64,000 nt of DNA from Thermodesulfovibrionales bacterium (lineage in GTDB: Bacteria > Nitrospirota > Thermodesulfovibrionia > Thermodesulfovibrionales > CALJEL01). The DNA lies in NCBI GenBank assembly GCA_041082235.1, contig JBDOIG010000079.1, positions 5,860 to 69,859 of the forward strand, read 5' to 3'. The notes beneath the pieces were generated by a model. The model was given only the letters and a program-made list of their open reading frames with translations. It did not search any database and was not told the origin of the DNA. This document shows positions 1 through 9,510 of this stretch, in pieces (position 1 is the first letter of the stretch; the number at the start of each line of letters is the position of its first letter). Position numbers and translations under genes: made by a program.

Positions 1-734
1 AGCAAGGCATTAAGTAAAGAGGATTTACCCACATTCGGTCTTCCAGTAATTACTGTTGCTATACCCTCCCGTAAGATGTTGCCCTGATGAAAAGAGTCAG
101 AAAGCCTCTTCAGCCTGTTTTTAATATCCAGTAATAAGTCAGTCCAGTTTATAGGACTGAGGTTTATGTCCTCCTCAGGAAAATCAATAAATGCCTCAAG
201 CTCAGTAAGGACATTCTTAAGACCTTCTGAAATGTCTTCTATCTCTCTTCTGAGGGCACCACCCACATGCTCCAGCGCAACCTTCTCAGCCTCTTCAGTC
301 TTTGACTTTATAAGGTCAAGAACTGCCTCTGCCTGGGTAAGGTCAATCCTTCCATTAAGAAATGCCCTCATGGTAAATTCTCCCGGAGAAGCTAACCTTG
401 CACCTGAGCTAACTACAAGCTCCAGAACTCTCTTTAAAACAACATATCCACCGTGGCAGTTTATCTCAACAACATCCTCCCTTGTATATGTATTGGGAGC
501 CCTCATTACCGAAAGAAGTACCTCATCAATCTTCTGTCCGCTTGAGGGGTTAACAATAAAACCATAATATATCCTGTGGCTCGGAGATTGAGAAGGCTTA
601 ATACCCCTTGGTGAATTAAAGATCCTATCAGCAATAAGAAGTGCCTCACGGCCACTCATACGAACTATGCCTATGCCACCCTCCCCGGGTGGTGTAGAGA
701 TAGCAACGATAGTATCTTCTTTGGAATTATTCAT
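1..734 (-). CDS. mnmE: tRNA modification GTPase MnmE/TrmE, 5' part only (gene continues past window start)
   Basis: Not in ORF track because it is open at the window edge. My reverse-complement translation from ATG (734..732) reads MNNSKEDTIVAISTPPGEGGIGIVRMSGREALLIADRIF...CHGGYVVLKRVLE...ITGRPNVGKSSLLNAL. That covers the MnmE N-domain, helical domain and G-domain P-loop. The + ORF 166..567 is its antisense shadow. Confidence 0.9.
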   Translation of the reverse strand, partial: MNNSKEDTIVAISTPPGEGGIGIVRMSGREALLIADRIFNSPRGIKPSQSPSHRIYYGFIVNPSSGQKIDEVLLSVMRAPNTYTREDVVEINCHGGYVVLKRVLELVVSSGARLASPGEFTMRAFLNGRIDLTQAEAVLDLIKSKTEEAEKVALEHVGGALRREIEDISEGLKNVLTELEAFIDFPEEDINLSPINWTDLLLDIKNRLKRLSDSFHQGNILREGIATVITGRPNVGKSSLLNAL

Positions 735-761
735 GGGTTATGATTTATGATATATTAGATT

Positions 762-1667
762 ATGGATATCCATCAACTGAGGGTCTTTCTTTCGGTCTTT
801 AAGCACAGAAGCTTTACAAAGGCTTCAGAGGAACTTTATCTTACGCAACCCACCGTAAGCGATCATATTAGAAGCCTGGAGAATGAATTAAGTTGTAAAC
901 TCTTTGATCGGCTTGGAAGGACAATCATGCCTACAGCAGAGGCTTCGGTCTTATATAACTATGCAGTGGAGATCATAGAAAAGGCAGGTGAGGCAAAGGA
1001 CAGCATAAACAGGGCCAAAAACCAGCCCGCTGGTGAACTTATTATAGGAGCAAGTACCATACCGGGGACCTATATGCTACCAAAGATAATAAAGAGATTT
1101 CGGGAAACTTATCCCCTCATAGAATTCAGCTTAGTTATTTCAGACTCAAAGGGGATTCTTGATAAGCTCTTATCCCATGAACTATTCATCGGCACCATAG
1201 GCGCAAAGCTCACAAATTCAAAGATTAATTATACACCCTTTGGAGAGGATGACTTAATTATTGTGTCCTCTCCCGGGATAATTAAAAAATCTTCCCTGAG
1301 CATTGAGCATCTTAAATCTTATCCTTTTATCCTCAGGGAAGAGGGATCTGGCACAAGAAAAGAGATGGAAATACTCCTGGAGCAAAAGGGCCTGGCTGTT
1401 GAGGATTTGAAGATAGCTGGCATCTTTGGTTCAACTGAAGCTGTTAAGGAGGCAGTCAAGGCCGGGCTTGGAATAGCCATCGTCTCAAGGCTTTCTGTAA
1501 AAGATGAACTCAACTCAGGCACCTTAAAAGAGGTGCGCATACCAGGTCTTGAGATGAAAAGAAAATTTTATATAATCACACATAAAAAAAGAACATTACC
1601 TCCTCAATATAAATTATTCCTTGACTACCTCTTATCCCTAGGGAATGACCTGAAGGCTACAGGCTGA
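762..1667 (+). CDS. LysR-family transcriptional regulator
   Basis: 301 aa. N-terminal HTH MDIHQLRVFLSVFKHRSFTKASEELYLTQPTVSDHIRSLE is the LysR signature, followed by a substrate-binding domain of typical length. Confidence 0.85.
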   Translation: MDIHQLRVFLSVFKHRSFTKASEELYLTQPTVSDHIRSLENELSCKLFDRLGRTIMPTAEASVLYNYAVEIIEKAGEAKDSINRAKNQPAGELIIGASTIPGTYMLPKIIKRFRETYPLIEFSLVISDSKGILDKLLSHELFIGTIGAKLTNSKINYTPFGEDDLIIVSSPGIIKKSSLSIEHLKSYPFILREEGSGTRKEMEILLEQKGLAVEDLKIAGIFGSTEAVKEAVKAGLGIAIVSRLSVKDELNSGTLKEVRIPGLEMKRKFYIITHKKRTLPPQYKLFLDYLLSLGNDLKATG

Positions 1668-1721
1668 GTGCCAAAGGCTGAAGATATTAGGCTAAATCCT
1701 AAAGCCTAAGCCTTTTTAAGT

Positions 1722-1751
1722 GCACCCCAAATTTATTTGATTTTTTGGTGC
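1722..1751. repeat. C/A-run..T/G-run palindromic unit, intergenic copy (gcaccccaaa-tttatttga-ttttttggtgc)
   Basis: Inverted arms read directly. Flanks gtgcaccccaaa / gattttttgg match the copy at 52503-52534. Confidence 0.6.
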
Positions 1752-1771
1752 TCCCTCCAGTATCATGAAAT

Positions 1772-3634
1772 ATGAGTTCAGAACTAAATATTCACAATCT
1801 TCTAATCTCTCCTTTTAGCCTCTTTATATCCTTTTTGTTTCTCTTTCTTTTCTCTGCAGACCTCTCTGGTGCGACAGAGTACTTCATAGAATTTCCTGAA
1901 AAAAAGATAAAAATCTCCTTGGAAAATCAAAAGATATTATACAGGGATGGAAATTTTGAGGTTTCCTTTGAACTCGTCCAGAAAGGTGCAGAGACAAAAA
2001 CAGAAATATTTCAGATAGAGATACCCATTAAATTTTATACCCTTAAAGGAGAGGTCTCAGAGACATTGAAACTGGAGAAGGGGAAACAGTCTTTTACCAT
2101 AAAGCTTGAGGATGAGCCATTGAGAATGGTAATAGATGAAGACCTGAAACTTCCAAGGAGGCTCTCGGAGGAAGAGATTATTCCGAGGATTTCCATGCTT
2201 TTCAAGGGAAAGACCTCCGTAATCCTTCCTGAATCAAAAAGAGACCATTATAAACCCTTAATAGAGTTTTTTAAAGAAAAGGCCTTTGAGATAAAAGAGC
2301 CATCAGAGAAGGTTGATTTAAGGGGGTCACTGATTCTTTTTGGCAACAACAATCCCTTTGCTAAAGGACTTTTTGGCCTCCTGAAAGATATCCCTGCTGG
2401 TTTTTCTATTAGAGTAAAGAAAAATCCCTGGAATCCTGAATCCATGGTTGGGATAATCAACACAAATGGCCCAGAGGATTTATCTCGTATAAAGGAGCTG
2501 CTTATTCAATACCAGGACTATTCAACAATAGCCATTGAAAATGGCAAGATAATACTTAAAGAGCTTGAGGCAGCAAAGAAGGGTGTAGAGATAGAATTAA
2601 GAAGACCGGTACGTATAATAGAACCCAAAAAGGGTCTCACTATAAAAGACCTGATTGACAGGATCTCTGATAAAAAAATTATATACATAGGTGAATACCA
2701 TGACAGATTCAGTCATCATTACCTGCAGAGACTGCTGATAAAAGAACTCTTTTCAAGGAACAAAAAGATTGCCATTGGTATGGAGATGTTTCAAAGACCT
2801 TTTCAACAGTTACTTGACGATTACATAAATGAAAAGATAGAGGAAAAAGAGTTTCTCAAACAGACAGAATATTTTAAAAGATGGGGCTTTGACTACAATC
2901 TTTATAAACCAATTATTGATATAGCAAGAGAAAACTCTATTCCTGTAATCGCCCTCAATCTCAAGAAAGAGATTATAGAGAAGGTCTCAAAGAGTGGTAT
3001 CGAATCCCTCAGTGAGGAAGAAAAAAAAGAGATTCCCGAGGAACTTGATTTCTCTGACCTTGAATACAAAAAAAGACTGGAGGAGGTATTCACCCAGCAC
3101 AGAAGAACTGAAGGAAGTTTCGAATACTTCTATCAATCTCAGATACTCTGGGATGAAACCATGGCAATGTCAGTGGATGAGTTTCTGAAAAAACATCTGG
3201 ATTATCAAATCATAGTTCTTGCTGGCGGCGGGCATATTGCCTATGGCTCCGGTATTCCAAAAAGGGTCTTCAGACGCAATTCCTTTGATTATGCAATTGT
3301 GCTTTTAGATGCTGAAGATGAAGAGTCCATAGCCGACTTCGTTGTATATCCGGACTCTCTTGAGGGTATCACAGCTCCAAAATTAATGGTCTCCCTTAAA
3401 GAAGAGGATGGCAGATTGAGAATTATTGAACTCCCTGATGATAGCCCATCAAAAAGGGCTGGCATTAAAAAGAATGACATTATTATTAAAATAGATGATG
3501 CACCTGTATCTACCCTGGAAGATTTAAAGATTGCACTTTTTTACAAAAAGTCAGGCGATACAGTAAAGGTAACTGTGCTGAGAAGTTATTTCCTTCTGGG
3601 TGAAAAAGAAAGGGAATTTCTTGTAAAGTTTTAG
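1772..3634 (+). CDS. Secreted ChaN-like (heme-binding/Tiki-type) domain protein with C-terminal PDZ domain
   Basis: 620 aa with an N-terminal hydrophobic signal-like segment. The central IIYIGEYHDRFSHHYLQRLLIKELF...IAIGMEMFQRPFQQLLDDYI resembles the ChaN/DUF399 GExH..EMF pattern. The C-terminal GIKKNDIIIKIDDAPVSTLEDLKIALFYKKSGDTVKVTVLR is PDZ-like. Confidence 0.6.
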   Translation: MSSELNIHNLLISPFSLFISFLFLFLFSADLSGATEYFIEFPEKKIKISLENQKILYRDGNFEVSFELVQKGAETKTEIFQIEIPIKFYTLKGEVSETLKLEKGKQSFTIKLEDEPLRMVIDEDLKLPRRLSEEEIIPRISMLFKGKTSVILPESKRDHYKPLIEFFKEKAFEIKEPSEKVDLRGSLILFGNNNPFAKGLFGLLKDIPAGFSIRVKKNPWNPESMVGIINTNGPEDLSRIKELLIQYQDYSTIAIENGKIILKELEAAKKGVEIELRRPVRIIEPKKGLTIKDLIDRISDKKIIYIGEYHDRFSHHYLQRLLIKELFSRNKKIAIGMEMFQRPFQQLLDDYINEKIEEKEFLKQTEYFKRWGFDYNLYKPIIDIARENSIPVIALNLKKEIIEKVSKSGIESLSEEEKKEIPEELDFSDLEYKKRLEEVFTQHRRTEGSFEYFYQSQILWDETMAMSVDEFLKKHLDYQIIVLAGGGHIAYGSGIPKRVFRRNSFDYAIVLLDAEDEESIADFVVYPDSLEGITAPKLMVSLKEEDGRLRIIELPDDSPSKRAGIKKNDIIIKIDDAPVSTLEDLKIALFYKKSGDTVKVTVLRSYFLLGEKEREFLVKF

Positions 3635-3635
3635 C

Positions 3636-5993
3636 CTACCAGTGAGCTATTATCCTCACACGCCTGTTAGCCTTCACATGAGGGTCATTTATATTGTCAG
3701 GTGTGGGAATCTCTTTGTATCTCAACCTCTCCTCTCCAAAATATTTAATAGAAATATCCCTCTTGATTCCATGAGCCTGAAGAAATCTCTTCGCTGAGGA
3801 TGCCCTCTTTTTACTGATCAATAGATTAAGTTTTTTATTGCCATGAGCGCAGGCATGACCCTCAATAATTATCTTTTTATATTTTTTGTCCCTAAGCATC
3901 TCCATAAATTTTAAAAGCAACCCCTCTTGTTCTGCTCCTATTTCAGTTTCTCTTACATTAAATTCTATTGAAAGCTCCATACTATTTTTATACAATTTGA
4001 TAGGCTCCTCTTCGGTCTGATTTAACGGTTTCTGAGGTACCTTCTCGGCCTGCTGAATATCCTGAAGACCTGCAGGAGATTTGACAGCCTCTGCAAGCAT
4101 TGCCTCACCATAAAATGGTGCCTTTTCATATACCCGCTTTGCCTTTTTTGGTTTTAATCCTTTTTTACTCTTATCAGCAGCATGCCATTTCTGCTCAGAA
4201 ATCCTATGCCCTGCAATCCCCAATTTCTTTTCAGTAGGAGTTTTTTTTATCCTGACTGATTCTGGCTTTGTCTCTATATCTGTAGTCTCAGCCCCCGTAT
4301 CTTTAACCACGTCTTTCTTTTTTTTCTCTGCTTCCATCCTTCCTTTGTCTGCAACAAATGTGGCAGCTGTTAATGCCTTATCCTCGGTCTTTACAGGAAG
4401 CCCCTTTTTTGCAGGTCTTTCAGATATTTTATCCTCTGTTGAGATCTGACTTAAGCTATCTTCCTGAGCAACTTCTACCTCTGGCCTCTGTATTATTATT
4501 TCTTCTGGCTTTTTTATATCCGCAAGCGTTGCTTCATCAGAAATACCTTTCTTCACAGTATCTGAGTTTCCTCCAGGAGTTATGTAATCTTTTCCTTTTA
4601 TGCTTTCCTCCTTTATACTCTTTTCCTCAAAGGTCTCCTCAATCCCTTCTTTATGGACTCCCTCTTTAGCCAATACCAGACCGTCCTCAGCAGCCTTACT
4701 GTCAGCCTGGGCAGAATTTGAAGAAATATTTTCTTCAGGTGACTCTGTTATTGGCCTGCTCACCTCTGTTTTTTTGTCCGCTACTTCCTCTACATCTTCT
4801 CTCGCAGAGGTTTCTTCTTGAGCATCGGGCCTCTGAGTCCTTGTATCTTGAGCTATAAGCTGCTGTTGCTCCTGAACTGCTTCTATCTTTTTCTGTTCTA
4901 TTTGCACCTTGCCTTCTTCTTCCTTTATACTCTTTTTTACCTCTGAAACCTCTACAGTCTGAGGGGGCATTCCCTTTGTTGGAACGTCTATAATCTCCTG
5001 AGAGCTTAATTTACCTTCTTCTGGTATAGCAGCTTCTACACCTTTGGAAGCAACTTTTTCTTCTGGCTTTCTTATCTCCTGTGAAAGCACTGCTTCATCT
5101 CTCCGCGTTATGGAATCCTTTCCTTCCATGCCTTCTTCTTTTATACGCCTCTCCTCAAGGGCCTCCTGACTCCCTTCCTTCTTTATAGCTCCCTCTTTAG
5201 CCATTACCGAACTGACCTCACCAGCCTCAATGTCAGCCCGGGCAGAAACTGGAGAAATATCCTCTTTGGGTGGTACCGCCTCCCTTATGGGCTTATCCTC
5301 CTCTGTTTTTTGCTCTATGGCTCCCTTTATATCTTCCTTCACAGAGGTTGCCTCCTGAGTATCTAACCTTTGAGTGCCTGTATCCCGAGCCACTAGCTGC
5401 TGTTGCCTTTTTTTAACTGCAATCAGGAATTCCTGCTTAGGAGAAGGCTCTGTTGCGCCTTGTTTTTCAGGTTCAGAAGGCGGAGATGTCTCACGGCTAG
5501 GATTAAAGTAAAAGACAAATCCAAGGGAAGCTGCTATGTCCGACCTTCCGCCTAAGACATAGTTCCTTAGATCAATTCTGACAGCTGTATCCTCTGATAA
5601 GGAATACTGAAGCCCCCCTCCAGCATTAAAAAGGCCCTTTGTAGATGTATTTTGATCTTCATCTATAATACCTGCACCTGCACCTATGACAAAAAAGGGT
5701 GTTAATCTTTGCTCTGGTAAAGGAATGAATGAAGAATCAAGACTGATAAATGTTGAACCTGACCTCGAAAAGGTACTCAGAATAGTTAAATCAATTGAAA
5801 AATACCGAGAGAGATTGACGCCGATGGATGGTCTTCCAAAGGTACTATCAGGGGAACTCTTTGAAGAAATCCAGCCGCCAGAAATCCCAAGGTTAATATT
5901 CCCGGCAGTATCTGTAGAATTTACAATACCAGGGGAAAATATTAGTAGAATAAGAAATAAAAATATAAATCCTCTAAGATTGAATTCTTTCAT
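3636..5993 (-). CDS. OmpA-family outer membrane protein: N-terminal beta-barrel, long acidic repeat linker, C-terminal OmpA peptidoglycan-binding domain
   Basis: 785 aa. Signal peptide and G/S/aromatic-rich beta-barrel-like region (aa 1-165), then an E/K/Q-rich region. The C-terminus IIIEGHACAHGNKKLNLLISKKRASSAKRFLQAHGI...ANRRVRIIAHW is an OmpA_C motif. Confidence 0.75.
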   Translation of the reverse strand: MKEFNLRGFIFLFLILLIFSPGIVNSTDTAGNINLGISGGWISSKSSPDSTFGRPSIGVNLSRYFSIDLTILSTFSRSGSTFISLDSSFIPLPEQRLTPFFVIGAGAGIIDEDQNTSTKGLFNAGGGLQYSLSEDTAVRIDLRNYVLGGRSDIAASLGFVFYFNPSRETSPPSEPEKQGATEPSPKQEFLIAVKKRQQQLVARDTGTQRLDTQEATSVKEDIKGAIEQKTEEDKPIREAVPPKEDISPVSARADIEAGEVSSVMAKEGAIKKEGSQEALEERRIKEEGMEGKDSITRRDEAVLSQEIRKPEEKVASKGVEAAIPEEGKLSSQEIIDVPTKGMPPQTVEVSEVKKSIKEEEGKVQIEQKKIEAVQEQQQLIAQDTRTQRPDAQEETSAREDVEEVADKKTEVSRPITESPEENISSNSAQADSKAAEDGLVLAKEGVHKEGIEETFEEKSIKEESIKGKDYITPGGNSDTVKKGISDEATLADIKKPEEIIIQRPEVEVAQEDSLSQISTEDKISERPAKKGLPVKTEDKALTAATFVADKGRMEAEKKKKDVVKDTGAETTDIETKPESVRIKKTPTEKKLGIAGHRISEQKWHAADKSKKGLKPKKAKRVYEKAPFYGEAMLAEAVKSPAGLQDIQQAEKVPQKPLNQTEEEPIKLYKNSMELSIEFNVRETEIGAEQEGLLLKFMEMLRDKKYKKIIIEGHACAHGNKKLNLLISKKRASSAKRFLQAHGIKRDISIKYFGEERLRYKEIPTPDNINDPHVKANRRVRIIAHW
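4389..5405 (-). repeat. Two tandem ~179-codon (about 537 bp) diverged repeats inside the OmpA-family gene
   Basis: Protein aa 197-375 (QQQLVARDTGTQRLDTQEATSVKED...) and aa 376 to about 535 (QQQLIAQDTRTQRPDAQEETSARED...) align colinearly. The DNA motif agctgctgttgc recurs at about 5397 and about 4858. Confidence 0.7.
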
Positions 5994-6032
5994 TAAAATA
6001 AAAAATTGATTTTGAACATTACTGCTGCGTCC

Positions 6033-6362
6033 CTACCCTGAAACAAGCTCAATATATTTGCTCTTTTCCTTCAACTGTTCATTCAGGACTTCCTTCATCA
6101 GGGTGCAGGCCTCTATAATCTTTGCATGAGAAATGCTGTAATAAATATTGACGCCCTTTCTTCTGGTCTTCAGCACCCCCTTATGTCTCATAATCGCAAG
6201 GTGCTGGGATACATTTGCCTTTGGAACACCGAGGATCTCTACCAGTTCTGAAACAGTCTTTTCTCCATCCTTAAGGACATTCAATATCTCAATCCTCTTT
6301 GGGCTTGCAAGGACCTTACATATCTCCGCCTGAAGTTCATAAAGGGTCTTCTGTTTTTTCAT
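6033..6362 (-). CDS. ArsR/SmtB-family metalloregulator-type transcriptional repressor
   Basis: 109 aa. LASPKRIEILNVLKDGEKTVSELVEILGVPKANVSQHLAIMRHKGVLKTRRKGVNIYYSI is a typical ArsR wHTH. Confidence 0.85.
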   Translation of the reverse strand: MKKQKTLYELQAEICKVLASPKRIEILNVLKDGEKTVSELVEILGVPKANVSQHLAIMRHKGVLKTRRKGVNIYYSISHAKIIEACTLMKEVLNEQLKEKSKYIELVSG

Positions 6363-6444
6363 GTCTCAATTTTATATTATCTATTTAATAATGTCAAGAT
6401 TTTTTTGATTTTTTTGTATCAGGTCTTTTAAAATTAATAACGCC

Positions 6445-8067
6445 ATGGTTAGGTGGATTAAAAAGATTATTTTGCCTATTATCTCGGGGGGGTTGCTTGT
6501 CCTTTCCTTTCCGAAACCGGGTATATCAATACTTGCCTGGATAGCACTCATTCCCTTACTCTTTGACATTACTAAGAGAGATTCAACTAAGAAAGAGACT
6601 TTTATAAAAGGTTTTTTCTTTGGTGTGGTCTATTTCTTTGGTACACTCTACTGGATATATCATTCCGTTTATTTCTACGGAGGATTAAGCCTTATTCCAA
6701 GCATAATAGCTGTTTTGCTTCTTGCAGCCTATCTCAGTTTGTATACAGGTCTCTTTGCTTATCTAATTTCTTTAATCCACAACAAAACCCTCTATCCCAT
6801 GATATTGATTGCTCCTGCTATATGGGTTAGTCTTGAATATATAAGAACCTATCTCTTTACAGGCTTTCCCTGGTCAAGTATTGGTTACAGTCAGTATAAG
6901 TTCCTTTCATTGATACAGATAGCTGATATAACAGGCATATATGGGGTATCTTTTTTAATAGTAGCCTTCAACGCCGCCTTCCTTGATATTATACTTCTTA
7001 AAAAAAGGCTTTCAGAGATACCATTTTATCCTCTTGCCCCGCAACTGGCTGGCTTTCTACTTTTAATAATGGCTTTTATTGCCACCTTCTCATACGGATA
7101 CTGGAGGCTATCTCAACAACACGGCAATATGGCAAAGATAAGTATTATCCAAGGCAATATACCTCAGGATAAAAAATGGGAGCCTGCTTTTCAGCATGAA
7201 GTGATGGACATATATAAAGAACTGACAAGGAAGGTTGTTAATACAGACTCCCCCCAGCTCGTTGTCTGGCCAGAAACAGCCATACCTTTCCTGTTCAGCG
7301 AACCCTTAGAGCACCCCAAAAGCCCTGCCGAGCTTTTTGGGACCCCGTCTGCTTCGTCACCAATAAGGACAGAACAACAAAACATTAATGAGATAATGAG
7401 TAAAGACCTTATAGAATTTGTAAGGGAAATTGATACTTATCTACTGTTTGGGTCTATAAGAAAGGAGGCTGAAGACAGACAGGAGTTCTTTACAAACAGT
7501 GCCTTTTTACTCAACAAAGATGGAAAAGTCACATATATTTATGATAAAATACATTTAGTCCCCTTTGGAGAGTATGTCCCCCTCAGGAATATCTTATTTT
7601 TTATAGACAAGATTACAGTGGGCATTGGAGACTACAGGCCCGGAAAAGATACCAGAAGGGCTATTTCGCCATTTGGCAATTTTTCAACTCTTATATGTTA
7701 TGAGATAATTTTCCCTGGTCTTGTTAGGGAATCCTTAAGGGAGGGAGGAGATTTTATCATAAATATTACTAATGATGCTTGGTTTGGCAATACATCAGGA
7801 CCTTATCAGCACTTCAGTATGGCTGTTTTCAGGGCTATAGAGAACAGGAAGCCTGTTATAAGAGCAGCCAATACAGGTATCTCAGGATTTATAGATAGCT
7901 ATGGAAGGATTCAGGCGGCGACTCCTTTATTTGAAAGGATGGCAGTATCTATGAATATGAGGTTGGATAATAGAAGAACTTTTTATACAAGGTTTGGAGA
8001 CCTCTTTGTATACTTTTGCCTTGTTATCTCAATAATAACCTTATCAAGGACTATTAAATTTGCATAA
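6445..8067 (+). CDS. lnt: Apolipoprotein N-acyltransferase
   Basis: 540 aa. Multi-TM N-terminal part followed by a nitrilase-fold domain with VVWPETAIPF, ICYEIIFPG and NITNDAWFG motifs. Confidence 0.9.
   Translation: MVRWIKKIILPIISGGLLVLSFPKPGISILAWIALIPLLFDITKRDSTKKETFIKGFFFGVVYFFGTLYWIYHSVYFYGGLSLIPSIIAVLLLAAYLSLYTGLFAYLISLIHNKTLYPMILIAPAIWVSLEYIRTYLFTGFPWSSIGYSQYKFLSLIQIADITGIYGVSFLIVAFNAAFLDIILLKKRLSEIPFYPLAPQLAGFLLLIMAFIATFSYGYWRLSQQHGNMAKISIIQGNIPQDKKWEPAFQHEVMDIYKELTRKVVNTDSPQLVVWPETAIPFLFSEPLEHPKSPAELFGTPSASSPIRTEQQNINEIMSKDLIEFVREIDTYLLFGSIRKEAEDRQEFFTNSAFLLNKDGKVTYIYDKIHLVPFGEYVPLRNILFFIDKITVGIGDYRPGKDTRRAISPFGNFSTLICYEIIFPGLVRESLREGGDFIINITNDAWFGNTSGPYQHFSMAVFRAIENRKPVIRAANTGISGFIDSYGRIQAATPLFERMAVSMNMRLDNRRTFYTRFGDLFVYFCLVISIITLSRTIKFA
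7311..7347. repeat. C/A..T/G palindromic unit inside lnt (gcaccccaaaagc-cctgccga-gctttttgggacccc)
   Basis: 9-bp stem with one bulge read directly. Translated in-frame as HPKSPAELFGTP. Confidence 0.65.
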
Positions 8068-8083
8068 TGTAGGAGGTACAAAA

Positions 8084-9218
8084 ATGATAGAAAAGGAAGA
8101 ATTAAAGACAAAACTTAATGAAATAAAAGAAAAGACAGAAACGTTAAGGGGGTATCTTTGATATAGATATGCTCCTTAAAGACATCTCTGCAATAGAGTT
8201 AGAGCTGCAGAAGGCTGAGGTCTGGACTTCCCCTGAAAGGATGCGAGACCTTACAAAAAAGAAGGCAAGACTTGAGGATATCCTTGAGCCTTTTGAGTTG
8301 ATTACCTCAAAAATAAATTACATTGAAGAATCTCTTGGTCTTCTTGATGAAGAAGGAGGAGAGATATTCATCAATGAGTTAAAAGGGGAATTAAAGGCAC
8401 TTGATATCTTAATAGATGAGCTCGAGCTCAAGCACCTCATGACAGGTGAGCTTGATAGAAATAATGCTATACTCTCTATTCATCCAGGAGCAGGTGGAAC
8501 AGAAAGTCAGGATTGGGCACAGATATTAATGAGAATGTATCTCAGATGGGCTGACAGACATAACTTTAAAACAGAGATTGTTGATATACTTTATGGAGAG
8601 GAAGCTGGTATTAAGGATGTAACAATCTCAATTGCAGGCCCCTATGCCTATGGATACCTTAAGGCAGAGGCAGGTGTCCACAGACTTGTAAGGATATCTC
8701 CCTTTGATGCCAATAAGAGAAGGCATACATCATTTGCTGCTGTGCTTGTATATCCTGAGATTGAGGATGATATAACTATTGAGATAAAAGAAGAAGACCT
8801 GAAGATAGATACCTTCAGGGCCTCTGGTGCAGGTGGTCAGCATGTGAATAAGGTCTCATCAGCTGTCCGTATTACTCACATTCCAACCGGAATTGTAGTC
8901 AGCTGCCAGAATGAAAGATCGCAACATAGAAATAAGGCAATGGCAATGAAAATCCTCAAGGCAAAACTTTATGATATGCAACTAAAGGAACAGCAGGACA
9001 AAATAGAAAATCTCGTTGGTGAAAAAAAGGACATTGCCTGGGGTAATCAGATAAGGTCCTACGTACTTCAGCCTTATCAGCTTGTAAAGGACCACAGGAC
9101 AAGTATTGAAAGAGGCAATGTTGATTCTGTCTTTAATGGTGAAATTGATGAGTTTATTAAAGAGTATCTTAAAATTCAGAATAAAAAATCAAATAAAACT
9201 TTTGCTTCATTAAGGTAA
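8084..9218 (+). CDS. prfB: Peptide chain release factor 2, expressed via programmed +1 frameshift (frame 0: 8084..8158, then 8160..9218)
   Basis: A short ORF MIEKEELKTKLNEIKEKTETLRGYL ends at in-frame TGA 8159-8161. The +1 frame continues DIDMLLKD... into ORF 8169..9218, which carries the SPF and GGQ (RASGAGGQHVNK) motifs. SD gtaggagg lies upstream of ATG 8084. Confidence 0.95.
8147..8162 (+). promoter_or_regulatory. prfB +1 ribosomal frameshift site (internal SD AGGGGG + TAT CTT TGA)
   Basis: agggggtatctttgat is nearly identical to the canonical E. coli prfB site AGGGGGTATCTTTGAC. Confidence 0.9.
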
Positions 9219-9233
9219 TACAATAGATCAATT

Positions 9234-9310
9234 AAAGGAGCTTCGCTCCTTTGAAAAATGGAATAAAATTTTATTCCATTAAACTTTTGAAGGGCTCCGC
9301 ACTTCAAAAG
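9234..9310 (-). repeat. Composite double-hairpin repeat, copy A (hairpin 9234-9252, perfect 24-bp AT palindrome 9257-9280, hairpin 9284-9310)
   Basis: The reverse complement ttcaaaggagcgaagctccttt matches ttcaaaggggcgaagccccttt at 39532-39553 at 20/22 positions. cttttgaag..cttcaaaag parallels cttttgaggg..ccctcaaa at 39464-39488. Confidence 0.7.
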
Positions 9311-9510
9311 AACTGCTTCTATTTAGTTATACATAAAGATAGTAGTAATAGTAGGTTTATGAGGGTTGTTAGTAGAAAGACTGAACTTAGTTTTATTAAT
9401 GTAATTAAAGGTGCTTAAGGATATTTAAGTTCTGTTGATTGGGATGTTGATAATTACAGACAGATTAAATGAAACTGTTGGTTAAAGGATATTAACATAG
9501 TATCCACATA
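9311..9510. other. Candidate oriC / dnaA upstream control region
   Basis: AT-rich and non-coding, directly upstream of dnaA. DnaA-box-like 9-mers: gTATCCACA (9500-9508, 8/9), TTATCaACA on the minus strand (9445-9453, 8/9) and TTATaCAtA (9327-9335, 7/9). The dnaA-dnaN (10 bp) and dnaN-gyrB (88 bp) gaps are too short to hold an origin. Confidence 0.4.

Noticed and set aside
166-567. 133-aa + strand ORF in the track
   Set aside because: It is Ser/Thr-rich with a low-complexity translation and lies entirely antisense to a clearly recognisable mnmE reading frame, so it is a shadow ORF.
4358-4821. Two + strand ORFs (103 and 73 aa) inside the OmpA-family gene
   Set aside because: They are antisense translations of the E/K-rich repeat region (L/S/F-rich), with no SD and no recognisable motif.
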